This document shows positions 37,761 through 46,695 of a DNA stretch of 64,000 bases, piece after piece. The translations under genes and the position numbers were made by a program. The first letter of the stretch is position 1. Each line of letters begins with the position of its first letter. The notes beneath the pieces were generated by a model. The model was not told where the DNA came from. It made no database searches and worked only from the letters and a program-made list of their open reading frames with translations. The DNA comes from an uncultured bacterium (lineage in GTDB: Bacteria; Verrucomicrobiota; Lentisphaeria; Victivallales; UBA1829): contig CADCMR010000006.1 in assembly GCA_902802585.1 (NCBI GenBank), positions 11,468 to 75,467 of the forward strand, in the 5' to 3' direction.

Positions 37761-38386
37761 GGCTGATTCTCTCCTTTGCACAGGGCCGAAAATCCGCGCA
37801 GGATCGCCAGCCCGTTTTCCTGGCTTTTCTCCGGATGGAACTGCGTCGCCGCCAGGTTGCCGCGCGACACAGCCGAAGTGAAACCGCAGATATAATCCGT
37901 TTGTCCGGCGGTCACGGACGCGTCATCCGGCACAACATAGAACGAATGGACGAAATAGAACCATTTCGGTTCCTTGAACGAAGCGAAGCACGGGTGCGCC
38001 GAACGGAAGGAAACCGTGTTCCAGCCCATGTGCGGCACTTTCTCCGTCGCGGACTCGAACTTGCGGCAGCAGCCCTTCAGGATCCCGAGCCCCGGCACGC
38101 CCGGTGCTTCCTCGCTGGATTCGAACAGCATCTGGAGCCCCAGGCAAATCCCGAGGAACGGCTTGTCCGCCGCGGTCCAGTCGCGCAGGAAGCCGACAAA
38201 ACCGGCGCGGTCGAGATTCTTCATCGCGTCGTGGAAATTCCCGACGCCCGGCAGGACCACGCCCGCCGCACCGGCGGCCTCGGCCGGCGCGCGCACGATG
38301 CGGACTTCGGCGCCCGCATAAATCAAGGCTCTCTCCACGTTGCGGAGATTGCCCATGTCGTAGTCGATGAGTGCGATCAATGCCAT
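37757..38386 (-). CDS. hisH: Imidazole glycerol phosphate synthase glutaminase subunit
   Basis: IDYDMGNL, LPGVG, GICLGLQ, PHMGWN, YFVHS and QFHPEKS motifs. Confidence 0.96.
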   Translation of the reverse strand: MALIALIDYDMGNLRNVERALIYAGAEVRIVRAPAEAAGAAGVVLPGVGNFHDAMKNLDRAGFVGFLRDWTAADKPFLGICLGLQMLFESSEEAPGVPGLGILKGCCRKFESATEKVPHMGWNTVSFRSAHPCFASFKEPKWFYFVHSFYVVPDDASVTAGQTDYICGFTSAVSRGNLAATQFHPEKSQENGLAILRGFSALCKGENQP

Positions 38387-38661
38387 ATTGATCCATCCTT
38401 ATTTACAAAATAGAACCGTCATTTAATATACGCCTTTTTCTTAAAAAAGTCAAATAACACCCTCGATTTCGCCGTGAAGAGCTTTCCATCTCATTGTCCA
38501 GGGACAGTCTTTTCCTATGTTTTTTCAAGTTTTTCTGAAAAAGTGTATCTTTTTTTAAATTTTTTTTGATTTTCGGCTTTCTTTTTTTAAAATCGGGGTT
38601 ATGTTTACGGTAAGGGTTTTTGCCATTCGGCAGGAACGTTCACATATCACATTTGGAATTT

Positions 38662-38919
38662 GCTGCGAAAACGAGGCCGCGCTCCTGAAAAAAGCGCCGC
38701 CCGAAACAACCGCGCATTGCGGATCGAACGGGAAATATGACTTGGAGTTTGGACAAATCAAGGCTGACGGCAGGTCGGAACGCATCATCGGCGGTCCGAC
38801 GCCGCCGCTGTCGCATTTGATTTGATACCGGGAAGTCGGGCGGAATGCCGTCCGGTCCGGGTTCCTTTTCCACATGTTCCCGCCCAGTCCCCGGCGCGGA
38901 TGCCATTCGTTTTCGCCGC
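38662..38919 (+). ncRNA. Candidate 6S RNA-like structured RNA
   Basis: Nested long-range stems forming a rod with an asymmetric A-rich bubble, located directly upstream of 5-FCL-rny, the usual ssrS position. Folded by eye only. Confidence 0.5.
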
Positions 38920-38941
38920 TTCGCAGAAAACGCAGTGGTTC

Positions 38942-39601
38942 ATGTACGACGAACAGACAGTCGATCATGCCGGTCCGGTCTGCGGCACGCCCTCCGCGGC
39001 GACCACGGATGCTGTAACATTGCATGATCTGAAAAAAGCCGTCCGGCGCGAGAAAATCGCGCTGCGCCGCGCGATGCCGCCCCACATACGTTCGGCGGCG
39101 GACGACGCGATCAACGGCACGCTTCTGGACATCGTCCGGACGGAGAAACCGTCCGGGCTCGTCGCGTATGTCAGCGACGGCACGGAACCCGATCTCGCAC
39201 CGGTCATGCGGTACGCGCTTCAGGCGGGCATCACGCTCTGCCTGCCGCGTTTCGAGCAGTCCGGCGCATATTCCATCGTGACGGTGCGTTCCCTGGACTT
39301 TCCGGTGTCCCACTGGGGCATCCCGGAACCGTCCGCCGATGCCCCGGCGGCTCCATCGGAACTGCTTGCGGAAGCCCTTTGGCTGGTACCCGGCGTGGCA
39401 TTCGATCCCGCCTGCCGCCGTCTCGGACGCGGCAAAGGCGTTTACGACCGCCTGCTTGCCCGGGGAGCCGGAAAAACCATCGGTATCTTTTATGAACTCC
39501 AGAGATGCGCGGAGCTGCCCTGTGAGCCCACGGACCAGCCCGTCGGCCGCGTCGTCACCGAATCCGGCGTCTTTGGTTGCAAAAACAATGTCAGGAGTTA
39601 A
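38942..39601 (+). CDS. 5-formyltetrahydrofolate cyclo-ligase (YgfA family)
   Basis: WGIPEP, LVPGVAFD...RLGRGKG.YDR and D..V..VVTE motifs. Start uncertain (ORF open from 38822). Confidence 0.9.
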   Translation: MYDEQTVDHAGPVCGTPSAATTDAVTLHDLKKAVRREKIALRRAMPPHIRSAADDAINGTLLDIVRTEKPSGLVAYVSDGTEPDLAPVMRYALQAGITLCLPRFEQSGAYSIVTVRSLDFPVSHWGIPEPSADAPAAPSELLAEALWLVPGVAFDPACRRLGRGKGVYDRLLARGAGKTIGIFYELQRCAELPCEPTDQPVGRVVTESGVFGCKNNVRS

Positions 39602-39606
39602 TTCCC

Positions 39607-41214
39607 ATGTTTTCCAATGTCATCATTGCCGCCTTCGCATGGAGGGAGCCTCTGGAATTGATCGCCGGTTTTCTTATCGGCACCGCCCTCTATCACATCA
39701 TCGTCGCCATCCTTTCCAAAAAAGGAAAGACCAAAGCCACCCGTGATGCCGCAAAAATGAAAGAGGACGCCGAGCGCGAAGCCTCCCAGATCCTCCGCGA
39801 AGCCCGCGTCACCGCCAAGAGCGAGGCTCTCAAGATCAAGGACGACGCCCTGAAAATCAAGGATGAAGTCGAAAACGAGATCAAGGAACGCCGCCGCGAG
39901 ATCGCCCAGCAGGAAAAACGCCTCACGCAGAAAGAGGAAAACCTCGACCGCAAGAACGATTCCCTCGACGCCAAGATTAAGAACAACGAGCGCAGGGAAG
40001 CCGAACTCGTGCAGCAGCGCGAACGCCTCGTCCAAAAGGAGGAGGAGCTCAAGAGCACGATCGACCGACAGATCAACGAACTGGAACGCATCGCCGAGCT
40101 CGACCGCGAGACCGCGCGCGGCATGATCCTCGACAAGCTCAAAGGCGAGGTCGAAAACGAATCCGGTCTCCTCATCCGCAACATCGTTGAGGACGCCCGA
40201 CAGCGCGCCGAACGCGAATCCCAGAAGCTCCTCGCCTACGCCATCCAGCGCTACGCCGGCGACTGCACCTACGAACGCACCACCGCCACCATCCCGCTCC
40301 CCAACGACGAGATGAAGGGCCGCATCATCGGCCGCGAAGGCCGCAACATCCGCGCGCTTGAGGCGGCGACCGGCGTCAACATCCTCATTGACGATACCCC
40401 GGAAGCCGTCGTCATCAGCTGTTTCGACCCCGTCCGCAAGGAAGTCGCGCGCCGCATGATGGAGAAGCTCATCGGCGACGGACGCATCCACCCGACCCGC
40501 ATCGAGGAGCTCGTGAAGAAGATGCGCAAGGAGGTCGACGAGGAAATCTTCAACGCGGGCGAACAGGCGGTGCTGGACTGCGGCCTGCAGGGCGTCCCGA
40601 AACCGCTCATCACCCTCATCGGCACGCTCCAGTTCCGCTACAGCTTCTCCCAGAACGTGCTCAAACACTGCATCGAGACCTCGGCGTTCATGGGCGCAAT
40701 CGCCGCCGAGCTCGGACTTGATGAACAGCGCGCGCGCCGCATCGGACTCTTCCACGACATCGGGAAGGCGGTCGACCACGAGATCGAGGGCACGCACGCC
40801 CAGATCGGCGCCGATCTGCTCCGCAAATACGGCGAGAACAAGGACGTCATCAACGCCGTCGCCGCCCACCATGGCGAGGTCGAAGCCACCAGCATCTACG
40901 CCATCCTCGCCAACGCCTGCGACGCCCTCAGCGCGTCACGCCCCGGCGCACGCAGCGAAACCACCGAACTCTACCTCAAACGCCTTGAACAGCTCGAATC
41001 CATCGCCAAGGACTTCCCCGGCGTGGACACCTGCTACGCCCTCCAGGCGGGTCGCGAGGTCCGCGTGGTCGTCGAGCCGGAGAAGATCAACGAGGCGCAG
41101 GCGCAGGTCATCGCCCGCGACATCTGCAACCGCATCGAGAAGGAAATGACCTATCCCGGCCAGATCAAGGTCACGATCATCCGCGAGACCCGCTCCGTGG
41201 AATACGCCAAGTAA
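39607..41214 (+). CDS. rny: Ribonuclease Y
   Basis: N-terminal TM, coiled coil, KH domain (MKGRIIGREGRNIR), HD domain (FHDIGKA) and ASRPGAR. Confidence 0.97.
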   Translation: MFSNVIIAAFAWREPLELIAGFLIGTALYHIIVAILSKKGKTKATRDAAKMKEDAEREASQILREARVTAKSEALKIKDDALKIKDEVENEIKERRREIAQQEKRLTQKEENLDRKNDSLDAKIKNNERREAELVQQRERLVQKEEELKSTIDRQINELERIAELDRETARGMILDKLKGEVENESGLLIRNIVEDARQRAERESQKLLAYAIQRYAGDCTYERTTATIPLPNDEMKGRIIGREGRNIRALEAATGVNILIDDTPEAVVISCFDPVRKEVARRMMEKLIGDGRIHPTRIEELVKKMRKEVDEEIFNAGEQAVLDCGLQGVPKPLITLIGTLQFRYSFSQNVLKHCIETSAFMGAIAAELGLDEQRARRIGLFHDIGKAVDHEIEGTHAQIGADLLRKYGENKDVINAVAAHHGEVEATSIYAILANACDALSASRPGARSETTELYLKRLEQLESIAKDFPGVDTCYALQAGREVRVVVEPEKINEAQAQVIARDICNRIEKEMTYPGQIKVTIIRETRSVEYAK

Positions 41215-41221
41215 ACACGGT

Positions 41222-42028
41222 ATGGAAACGGATACATTCACACTGGCACGTGCGGCATTCGAGCGTCATGTCGCGAGATTCCGCGACGACGTCGGCACGT
41301 TGCCGTTCGCGCTCGAAGCCAAGTTCAAACACACCGGCGAAGTCTGCGAGATCACGGAGAAGATCGTGGCGGGAGAAGCCCGTTTTTCCCCGCGCGACAC
41401 GCTCGTCTTCCGCCTCTGCGCGCTCTTCCACGACATCTCCCGTTTCGAGCAGTTCGCCCAGTTCAAGACCTTCCTCGACCGCAATTCGTTCGACCACGGC
41501 GAACGCAGCGCAGCCCTGGTCGAAGAGCTCGGGCTCGTGCCGGAACTCCTCGCCGAAGACCGCGCGTGCATCATCGACGCCGTGCGCGTTCACAACAAGT
41601 TCGCGATCCCGGCGGACTTCCCCTCTGCGCACCTCGACGCCGCGAAGATGGTCCGCGACGCAGACAAGCTCGCCATCCTGCGCCTCATCATCCGCTTCTT
41701 TACCGGCGACTATTCCGACCCGACCATCAAGCTCGAACTCCCCGACACGCCCGGCTGGACACCATCCATCCTCGAAACCGCCATGCGCGGGGAATGCGTG
41801 GTCTACACCGACATGAAGAACGTCAACGATTTCAAGCTCGGGCTCTTCGCGTGGTCCTGCGACATCAATTATCCCGCGTCCGCCGCCCTCGCGCTCGACG
41901 AGGACCTCTTTGGACGCATCCGCGCCACGCTTCCCGAATCGGACCAAGTCGATTCCCTGCTGAAATCCGCCCGGATCCGCCTCGCCGCGCTCCGGGATTC
42001 CAACCCGTCCCTCCGACAGAATCCCTGA
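41222..42028 (+). CDS. HD-domain phosphohydrolase
   Basis: KFKHT, LFHDISRFEQ, DHGERS, HNK and RDADKL motifs. Confidence 0.85.
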   Translation: METDTFTLARAAFERHVARFRDDVGTLPFALEAKFKHTGEVCEITEKIVAGEARFSPRDTLVFRLCALFHDISRFEQFAQFKTFLDRNSFDHGERSAALVEELGLVPELLAEDRACIIDAVRVHNKFAIPADFPSAHLDAAKMVRDADKLAILRLIIRFFTGDYSDPTIKLELPDTPGWTPSILETAMRGECVVYTDMKNVNDFKLGLFAWSCDINYPASAALALDEDLFGRIRATLPESDQVDSLLKSARIRLAALRDSNPSLRQNP

Positions 42029-42031
42029 CCG

Positions 42032-43033
42032 ATGCCGCTCCTCACCGCCTCCCACCTGAAAAAATACTACCCCGTCGCGCGGGGCTTCTTCGGCAAGCCC
42101 GACTTCGTGCGCGCCGTGGACGACGTCTCCTTCACGCTGGAACAGAGCGAGACGCTCGGCCTGGTCGGCGAATCCGGCTGCGGCAAGTCCACGCTCGCGC
42201 GGCTCCTGCTCCGACTGGAGGACCCGACCGAAGGCTCCATCCTGCTCGACGGCGTGGAGATGACCGGCATCCGCGGCGAGGAACTCCGCCGGATGCGCGG
42301 GAAATTCCAGATGATCTTCCAGGACCCGTACGGCTCGCTGAACCCGCGCATGAGCATCTTTTCCATCCTGGAGGAGGCGCTGAAGCTCCACACGAAGCTC
42401 GACGCTGCCGGACGGGACAAGCGCATCCGCGAGCTCATGAAGCTCGTCGGGCTCAATCCCGACTACGCCATGCGCTATCCGCACCAGTTCAGCGGCGGTC
42501 AGCGCCAGCGCATCGGCATCGCCCGCGCGCTCGCCGTCAATCCGGCGTTCATCATCGCCGACGAACCCGTCTCCGCGCTCGACGTCAGCGTTCAGGCGCA
42601 GATCGTGAACCTCCTGCAGGACATCCAGAAACAGACCGGCGTGGCATTCCTCTTCATCGCGCACGATCTCGCCGTCGTGGAGCACATCTGCCACCGCATC
42701 ATGGTCATGTACCTGGGACGCATCATGGAGATCGGTCCGTCGGAGGAAGTCTGCTCCAATCCGCTCCATCCGTATTCCCTCGCCCTCCTCTCCAGCGTCC
42801 CGCAGATCGACCAGTCGCGACGCCGCGACCGCATCATCCTGAAAGGTGACGTCCCGTCTCCGCTGAATCCGCCGTCCGGATGCCGTTTTCACACCCGCTG
42901 TCCCTTCGCACAACCGCGCTGCGCCACGGAAATTCCCGCGCTTCAGGAGGTCTCGCCAGGTCGTTTCTGTGCCTGTCACGCTCCCGGCGTCTTCCGGAAG
43001 TTGGAAACCGCACAACAAGATGCAATATATTGA
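42032..43033 (+). CDS. Oligo/dipeptide ABC transporter ATP-binding protein (OppF/DppF-like)
   Basis: [33 protein letters not shown] and GCRFHTRCP motifs. Confidence 0.94.
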   Translation: MPLLTASHLKKYYPVARGFFGKPDFVRAVDDVSFTLEQSETLGLVGESGCGKSTLARLLLRLEDPTEGSILLDGVEMTGIRGEELRRMRGKFQMIFQDPYGSLNPRMSIFSILEEALKLHTKLDAAGRDKRIRELMKLVGLNPDYAMRYPHQFSGGQRQRIGIARALAVNPAFIIADEPVSALDVSVQAQIVNLLQDIQKQTGVAFLFIAHDLAVVEHICHRIMVMYLGRIMEIGPSEEVCSNPLHPYSLALLSSVPQIDQSRRRDRIILKGDVPSPLNPPSGCRFHTRCPFAQPRCATEIPALQEVSPGRFCACHAPGVFRKLETAQQDAIY

Positions 43034-43200
43034 TAATCATGGATATGACGGAATAACGAATAGATTTGACGGTTCGACGGCTGATCGGTTCTTTCCTGGT
43101 TTTGCGACAATTCGCTACAAATAAATTCAGCTCATAAAAACAAATAATTGCAAGTGTCATTCTGACACATTCAAACATTATAAAATACCGGATTCATTCC

Positions 43201-43974
43201 ATGGACCAGCCTGTTTCCATCATCCTGCCGAACTACAAAACCCCGGAACTGACGCGCCTTTGTCTGCGTTCCCTCCGCAAATTCACGCCGCACGACGCCA
43301 TCCGCATCATCGCCGTCGACAACGCGTCCGGCGACGAATCGGTGGAGTATCTGCGGTCGCTCGGCTGGATCCGGCTGATCGAACGCACCCCTGCGGACAT
43401 CGCCGGCATGGCACCCGCGCTGATGCACACCACCGCCATGGATCTGGCGCTGAAAGAAGTCGACACGCCGTTTGTCCTGTCGTTCCACACGGACACCATC
43501 GTGTACCGCCCGGACTGGCTGGATTTCCTGCTCGGGCGCATCAACCGCGATGAAATGATCGCGGGCGTCGGCAGCTGGAAACTCGAATTCGTGCCGCCGC
43601 TGAAACGCTTCGGCAAGGAAATCGAGGACGGAATCCGGCAGCTCCTCGGCATAAGGAAGAAGGAATACCGGTTCCTGCGGAGCCATTGCGCGCTGTACCG
43701 TACCGAGCTGCTGAAACGGCACACGCGCGGATTCGGCGACGGCGAATGCGCCGGCAGCTCCATCCACAGATGCCTGACCGCCGCCGGGTACGATATGGAG
43801 TTCATCCCGCCGGAAGTCCTGATCAAGTACATGGACCACCTGAACCACGCCACCATGATCCTGAACCCGGCAATCGGCTCCCGCAAGACCGCCGCCCCGA
43901 AGGCGCGCCAGTCGCTCGAATCCCGCCTGGCACGCTACCGCGCCGTCCTCGCCGACGATTCCCTCGACAAGTGA
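43201..43974 (+). CDS. Glycosyltransferase family 2
   Basis: VSIILPNY, CLRSL, VDNASGD and HTD (DxD-like) motifs. Confidence 0.85.
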   Translation: MDQPVSIILPNYKTPELTRLCLRSLRKFTPHDAIRIIAVDNASGDESVEYLRSLGWIRLIERTPADIAGMAPALMHTTAMDLALKEVDTPFVLSFHTDTIVYRPDWLDFLLGRINRDEMIAGVGSWKLEFVPPLKRFGKEIEDGIRQLLGIRKKEYRFLRSHCALYRTELLKRHTRGFGDGECAGSSIHRCLTAAGYDMEFIPPEVLIKYMDHLNHATMILNPAIGSRKTAAPKARQSLESRLARYRAVLADDSLDK

Positions 43975-44011
43975 CGAAGACAGACGCAAATAGATTGATA
44001 CAGAGACTGTT

Positions 44012-44557
44012 ATGGAATTGGATGCTTTGCGAAAGGATTGTGCCCGGAAACAGAAAAAGGGGCTGCCGTTCATCCTGACATCCGTGCCCATCTGGACGGG
44101 GATCCTCTGCGTCCACCTGACCGGGCTGCCGATCGTGACCCAAAACCTGCTGACATTCTGCTGCGCCGCGCCGCTGGTCCCGATTGCATTTCTCGTCTCG
44201 AAGCTGATCGGGGTGGATTTCCAGGGGAAGGACAACCCGCTGACCAAACTCGGGCTGATCTTCACCGTGAACCAGATCGTATATCTGCTGATCGCCATGT
44301 GGGTTTACAATGCCATGCCGGAGAAAATGCTCATGGTCTTCGCCATGATCTTCGGCGCGCACCTGATGCCCTATAGCTGGCTTTATCTGTCAAAGAGTTA
44401 CTTCGCATTTTCCATCGTCGTGCCGCTCCTCTCCCTGATCGTCGGACTGATGTTTCCGCCGTTCGTGCTCGCCGCCGTGATGATCGGCGTGGAGATTCTG
44501 TTCTGCATCCTGCTCTGCCTCGAAGTCAGGAGCTTGAAACATGACAACGCCAAATGA
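44012..44557 (+). CDS. Hypothetical 6-TM membrane protein
   Basis: 181 aa, hydrophobic; KGLPFILTSV, NPL..LG and GAHLMPYSWLY motifs recall a Firmicutes-type DUF7010-like family (from memory, not searched). Confidence 0.75.
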   Translation: MELDALRKDCARKQKKGLPFILTSVPIWTGILCVHLTGLPIVTQNLLTFCCAAPLVPIAFLVSKLIGVDFQGKDNPLTKLGLIFTVNQIVYLLIAMWVYNAMPEKMLMVFAMIFGAHLMPYSWLYLSKSYFAFSIVVPLLSLIVGLMFPPFVLAAVMIGVEILFCILLCLEVRSLKHDNAK

Positions 44558-45989
44558 ATCCGCCCCTCAGACCGCCCCGCTGAAAAAGCGCATCGCGTTC
44601 TTCTGCATCCCGGCGCACGGCCACACCAACCCGATGCTCCCGGTCGCCGCCGAGCTGATCCGGCGCGGAAATACGGTCAGGTTCTATTCATTCGGGGGCG
44701 CAGGCGGTCTGCCCGATTTCTCGGAGAAGATACGGAAGACGGGCGCGGAGTTCGTCTCCTGCGACGCCTACATGCCGGCGGTCTCGGCGGAGGAGGTCGC
44801 CGGGCTGAAACGCGTCTCAATCACGGAAATGACCGTGCAGGCGATTCGCATCACACTCGCCATGGACGCGTTTCTGGATGCGGAGTTCAAATCGTTCCTG
44901 CCGGACGTCGTATACACGGACTCCGCGTGTTTCTGGGGCAAGCTGAACGCCTGGAAACATCATGTGCCGATGGTCGTCTCCACCAGCACGTTCGCGTTCA
45001 ACCAGCTGTCCTCGACCTACATGAAGCATCCCCCTGCGGAGCTCGTGGACATGATCTTCGGGTTGGCGCGCATCGGGAAGGCGCTGAAGTCGATGGAACC
45101 GTACGGGTACAAGGTGAAAAACCCGCTGACGCTGGTCCAGAGCGACAACAAAACGGATTCCGTGGTCTACACCTCGCGGCGGTTCCAGCCGTACGCGGAG
45201 AGCTTTTCCGGGCATTACGTGTTTGTCGGCCCGTCGGTGTTCTCGAATGCAGTCCCAAATAAGATTAAGAAACGTCCGCTCATGTACATCTCCCTCGGCA
45301 CGGTCATCAACGACCGCCCGGATTTCTACAACAAGTGCATCAAGGCGCTGAAGGACATGGACGTCGACGTCCTGATCTCCTGCGGCATGGCGCTGAACCG
45401 CGAAAAGCTGGGCGTCCTGCCGGAGAATGTCCGGGTGGAGCCGTATGTGGACCAGCTCGACGTCCTGTCCCGCGCGGACGTCTTCCTCACGCACTGCGGC
45501 ATGAACAGCGTGTCGGAGAGCCTGTACATGGCGACGCCGATGGTGCTCTATCCGCAGACCGGCGAACAGTACGCCGTGGCGAAGCGCGCCGCCGAGCTCG
45601 GCGCGGGCGTCCTGCTGAAGGACGATTCCGTCGCGGGAATCCGCGCCGCCGTGCAGAACGTGCTGGAAAATGCGTCGTACCGGGACGCCGCGGCGGAGTG
45701 CAGCCGGGATTTCCGGGCGTGTTCCGGGGTCGCCGGCGCGACGGAATTCATCGAAAACGCCCCGCATGAATGGGATGGCATCGACGTCCTGAAAGAGCTG
45801 AACAAAACCAATATCAGGTTCCAGATCGTTTACTGGAGCATCGTCTCCGTCCTGATCTTTCTTGCTGGTTTTTATGTCGACAGAAAATACCTCTGGATCC
45901 TCGGTCTCGCCGCCGGAATCATCTCCAAGCCGATCGGCAAGCGCTTGCAGAACCGCCGCTATGCCCAGCTTGTCCCGGATGAAAAGTAG
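44541..45989 (+). CDS. MGT/macrolide-type UDP-glycosyltransferase (GT1) with C-terminal membrane extension
   Basis: PAHGHTNP, YISLGT and the UGT signature VDQLDVLSRADVFLTHCGMNSVSESL. Confidence 0.88.
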   Translation: MTTPNESAPQTAPLKKRIAFFCIPAHGHTNPMLPVAAELIRRGNTVRFYSFGGAGGLPDFSEKIRKTGAEFVSCDAYMPAVSAEEVAGLKRVSITEMTVQAIRITLAMDAFLDAEFKSFLPDVVYTDSACFWGKLNAWKHHVPMVVSTSTFAFNQLSSTYMKHPPAELVDMIFGLARIGKALKSMEPYGYKVKNPLTLVQSDNKTDSVVYTSRRFQPYAESFSGHYVFVGPSVFSNAVPNKIKKRPLMYISLGTVINDRPDFYNKCIKALKDMDVDVLISCGMALNREKLGVLPENVRVEPYVDQLDVLSRADVFLTHCGMNSVSESLYMATPMVLYPQTGEQYAVAKRAAELGAGVLLKDDSVAGIRAAVQNVLENASYRDAAAECSRDFRACSGVAGATEFIENAPHEWDGIDVLKELNKTNIRFQIVYWSIVSVLIFLAGFYVDRKYLWILGLAAGIISKPIGKRLQNRRYAQLVPDEK

Positions 45990-46011
45990 CTTTTCAGGCA
46001 GGGAAACAGAC

Positions 46012-46530
46012 ATGACAACGGACGCGACGAAAATGAACTGGAAGCGGATCCTCTTCTGGGGATCCATCCTGGTGCTCATCATCCTTCTCCCGTTTTTCAT
46101 CGACGAGCCCGTCTGCGTCCGCACCTATCTCAATACCAGAACGTTCGAATACGAGTCGTATGTCCGGGTCGGACCGCTCGTGTTCAAACAGGACAGCGCA
46201 TCCTTCTTTCAAGGCGATCTCGAACCGTACCGGAACGCGGTACAGCAGGAACGCCTCCCGGAATACTGGCTCCTCATCTACATGCAATCCTACACTCTTC
46301 TGGGCAGCCCGGTCTTCTACGACATGAGAGGCGGCAAATACCCTGTCAAAGTGAAATACTTCCTTTGGGAACACTATCAGGAGATGTTTGACCCGGATTA
46401 TAAAGAAACCGAGGAGGAGTTCTCCAACCGGTTTACCGACTTCATCCTGTCCCTCAATGCGGATGAAAGATTCAAAGGTGCCCTGCTCCCCGCGGACACG
46501 GATCTCCGTGCCCGTTCCAGAGAGTTCTGA
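46012..46530 (+). CDS. Hypothetical protein with N-terminal TM anchor
   Basis: Hydrophobic ILFWGSILVLIILLPFFI, then an aromatic-rich soluble domain. Start is 46012 or 46033. Confidence 0.6.
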   Translation: MTTDATKMNWKRILFWGSILVLIILLPFFIDEPVCVRTYLNTRTFEYESYVRVGPLVFKQDSASFFQGDLEPYRNAVQQERLPEYWLLIYMQSYTLLGSPVFYDMRGGKYPVKVKYFLWEHYQEMFDPDYKETEEEFSNRFTDFILSLNADERFKGALLPADTDLRARSREF

Positions 46531-46560
46531 CCACCCTTGATTCTCCCTTTTTTGAACGCG

Positions 46561-46602
46561 AAAAACCCGGATGGCTTTGAGGTCCATTCCGGGTAATTTT
46601 TT
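46561..46602. terminator. Probable bidirectional terminator
   Basis: A-run, stem acccggatgg / ccattccgggt, then a T-run, between convergent genes. Confidence 0.6.
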
Positions 46603-46695
46603 GCTCGCGGGGCGCACTCTGTCAGGTTCGAGTCCTGACAGGGTACGCTTTGTCCGGGGCGCCACGTTTTACGGTGACGCCCGGTTTACGCCGCC

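Noticed and set aside
38601-38825. 74-aa ORF upstream of 5-FCL (possible zapA)
   Set aside because: No ZapA-like features, no RBS, and atypical composition; the region is better explained as structured RNA.
42032-43033. Orphan OppF ATPase as a novel system with rny and the HD protein
   Set aside because: The sequence is fully canonical, and this genome scatters operons generally, so partners are probably elsewhere.
46612-46648. tRNA gene
   Set aside because: Only a T-loop hairpin; no D arm, anticodon arm or CCA end.
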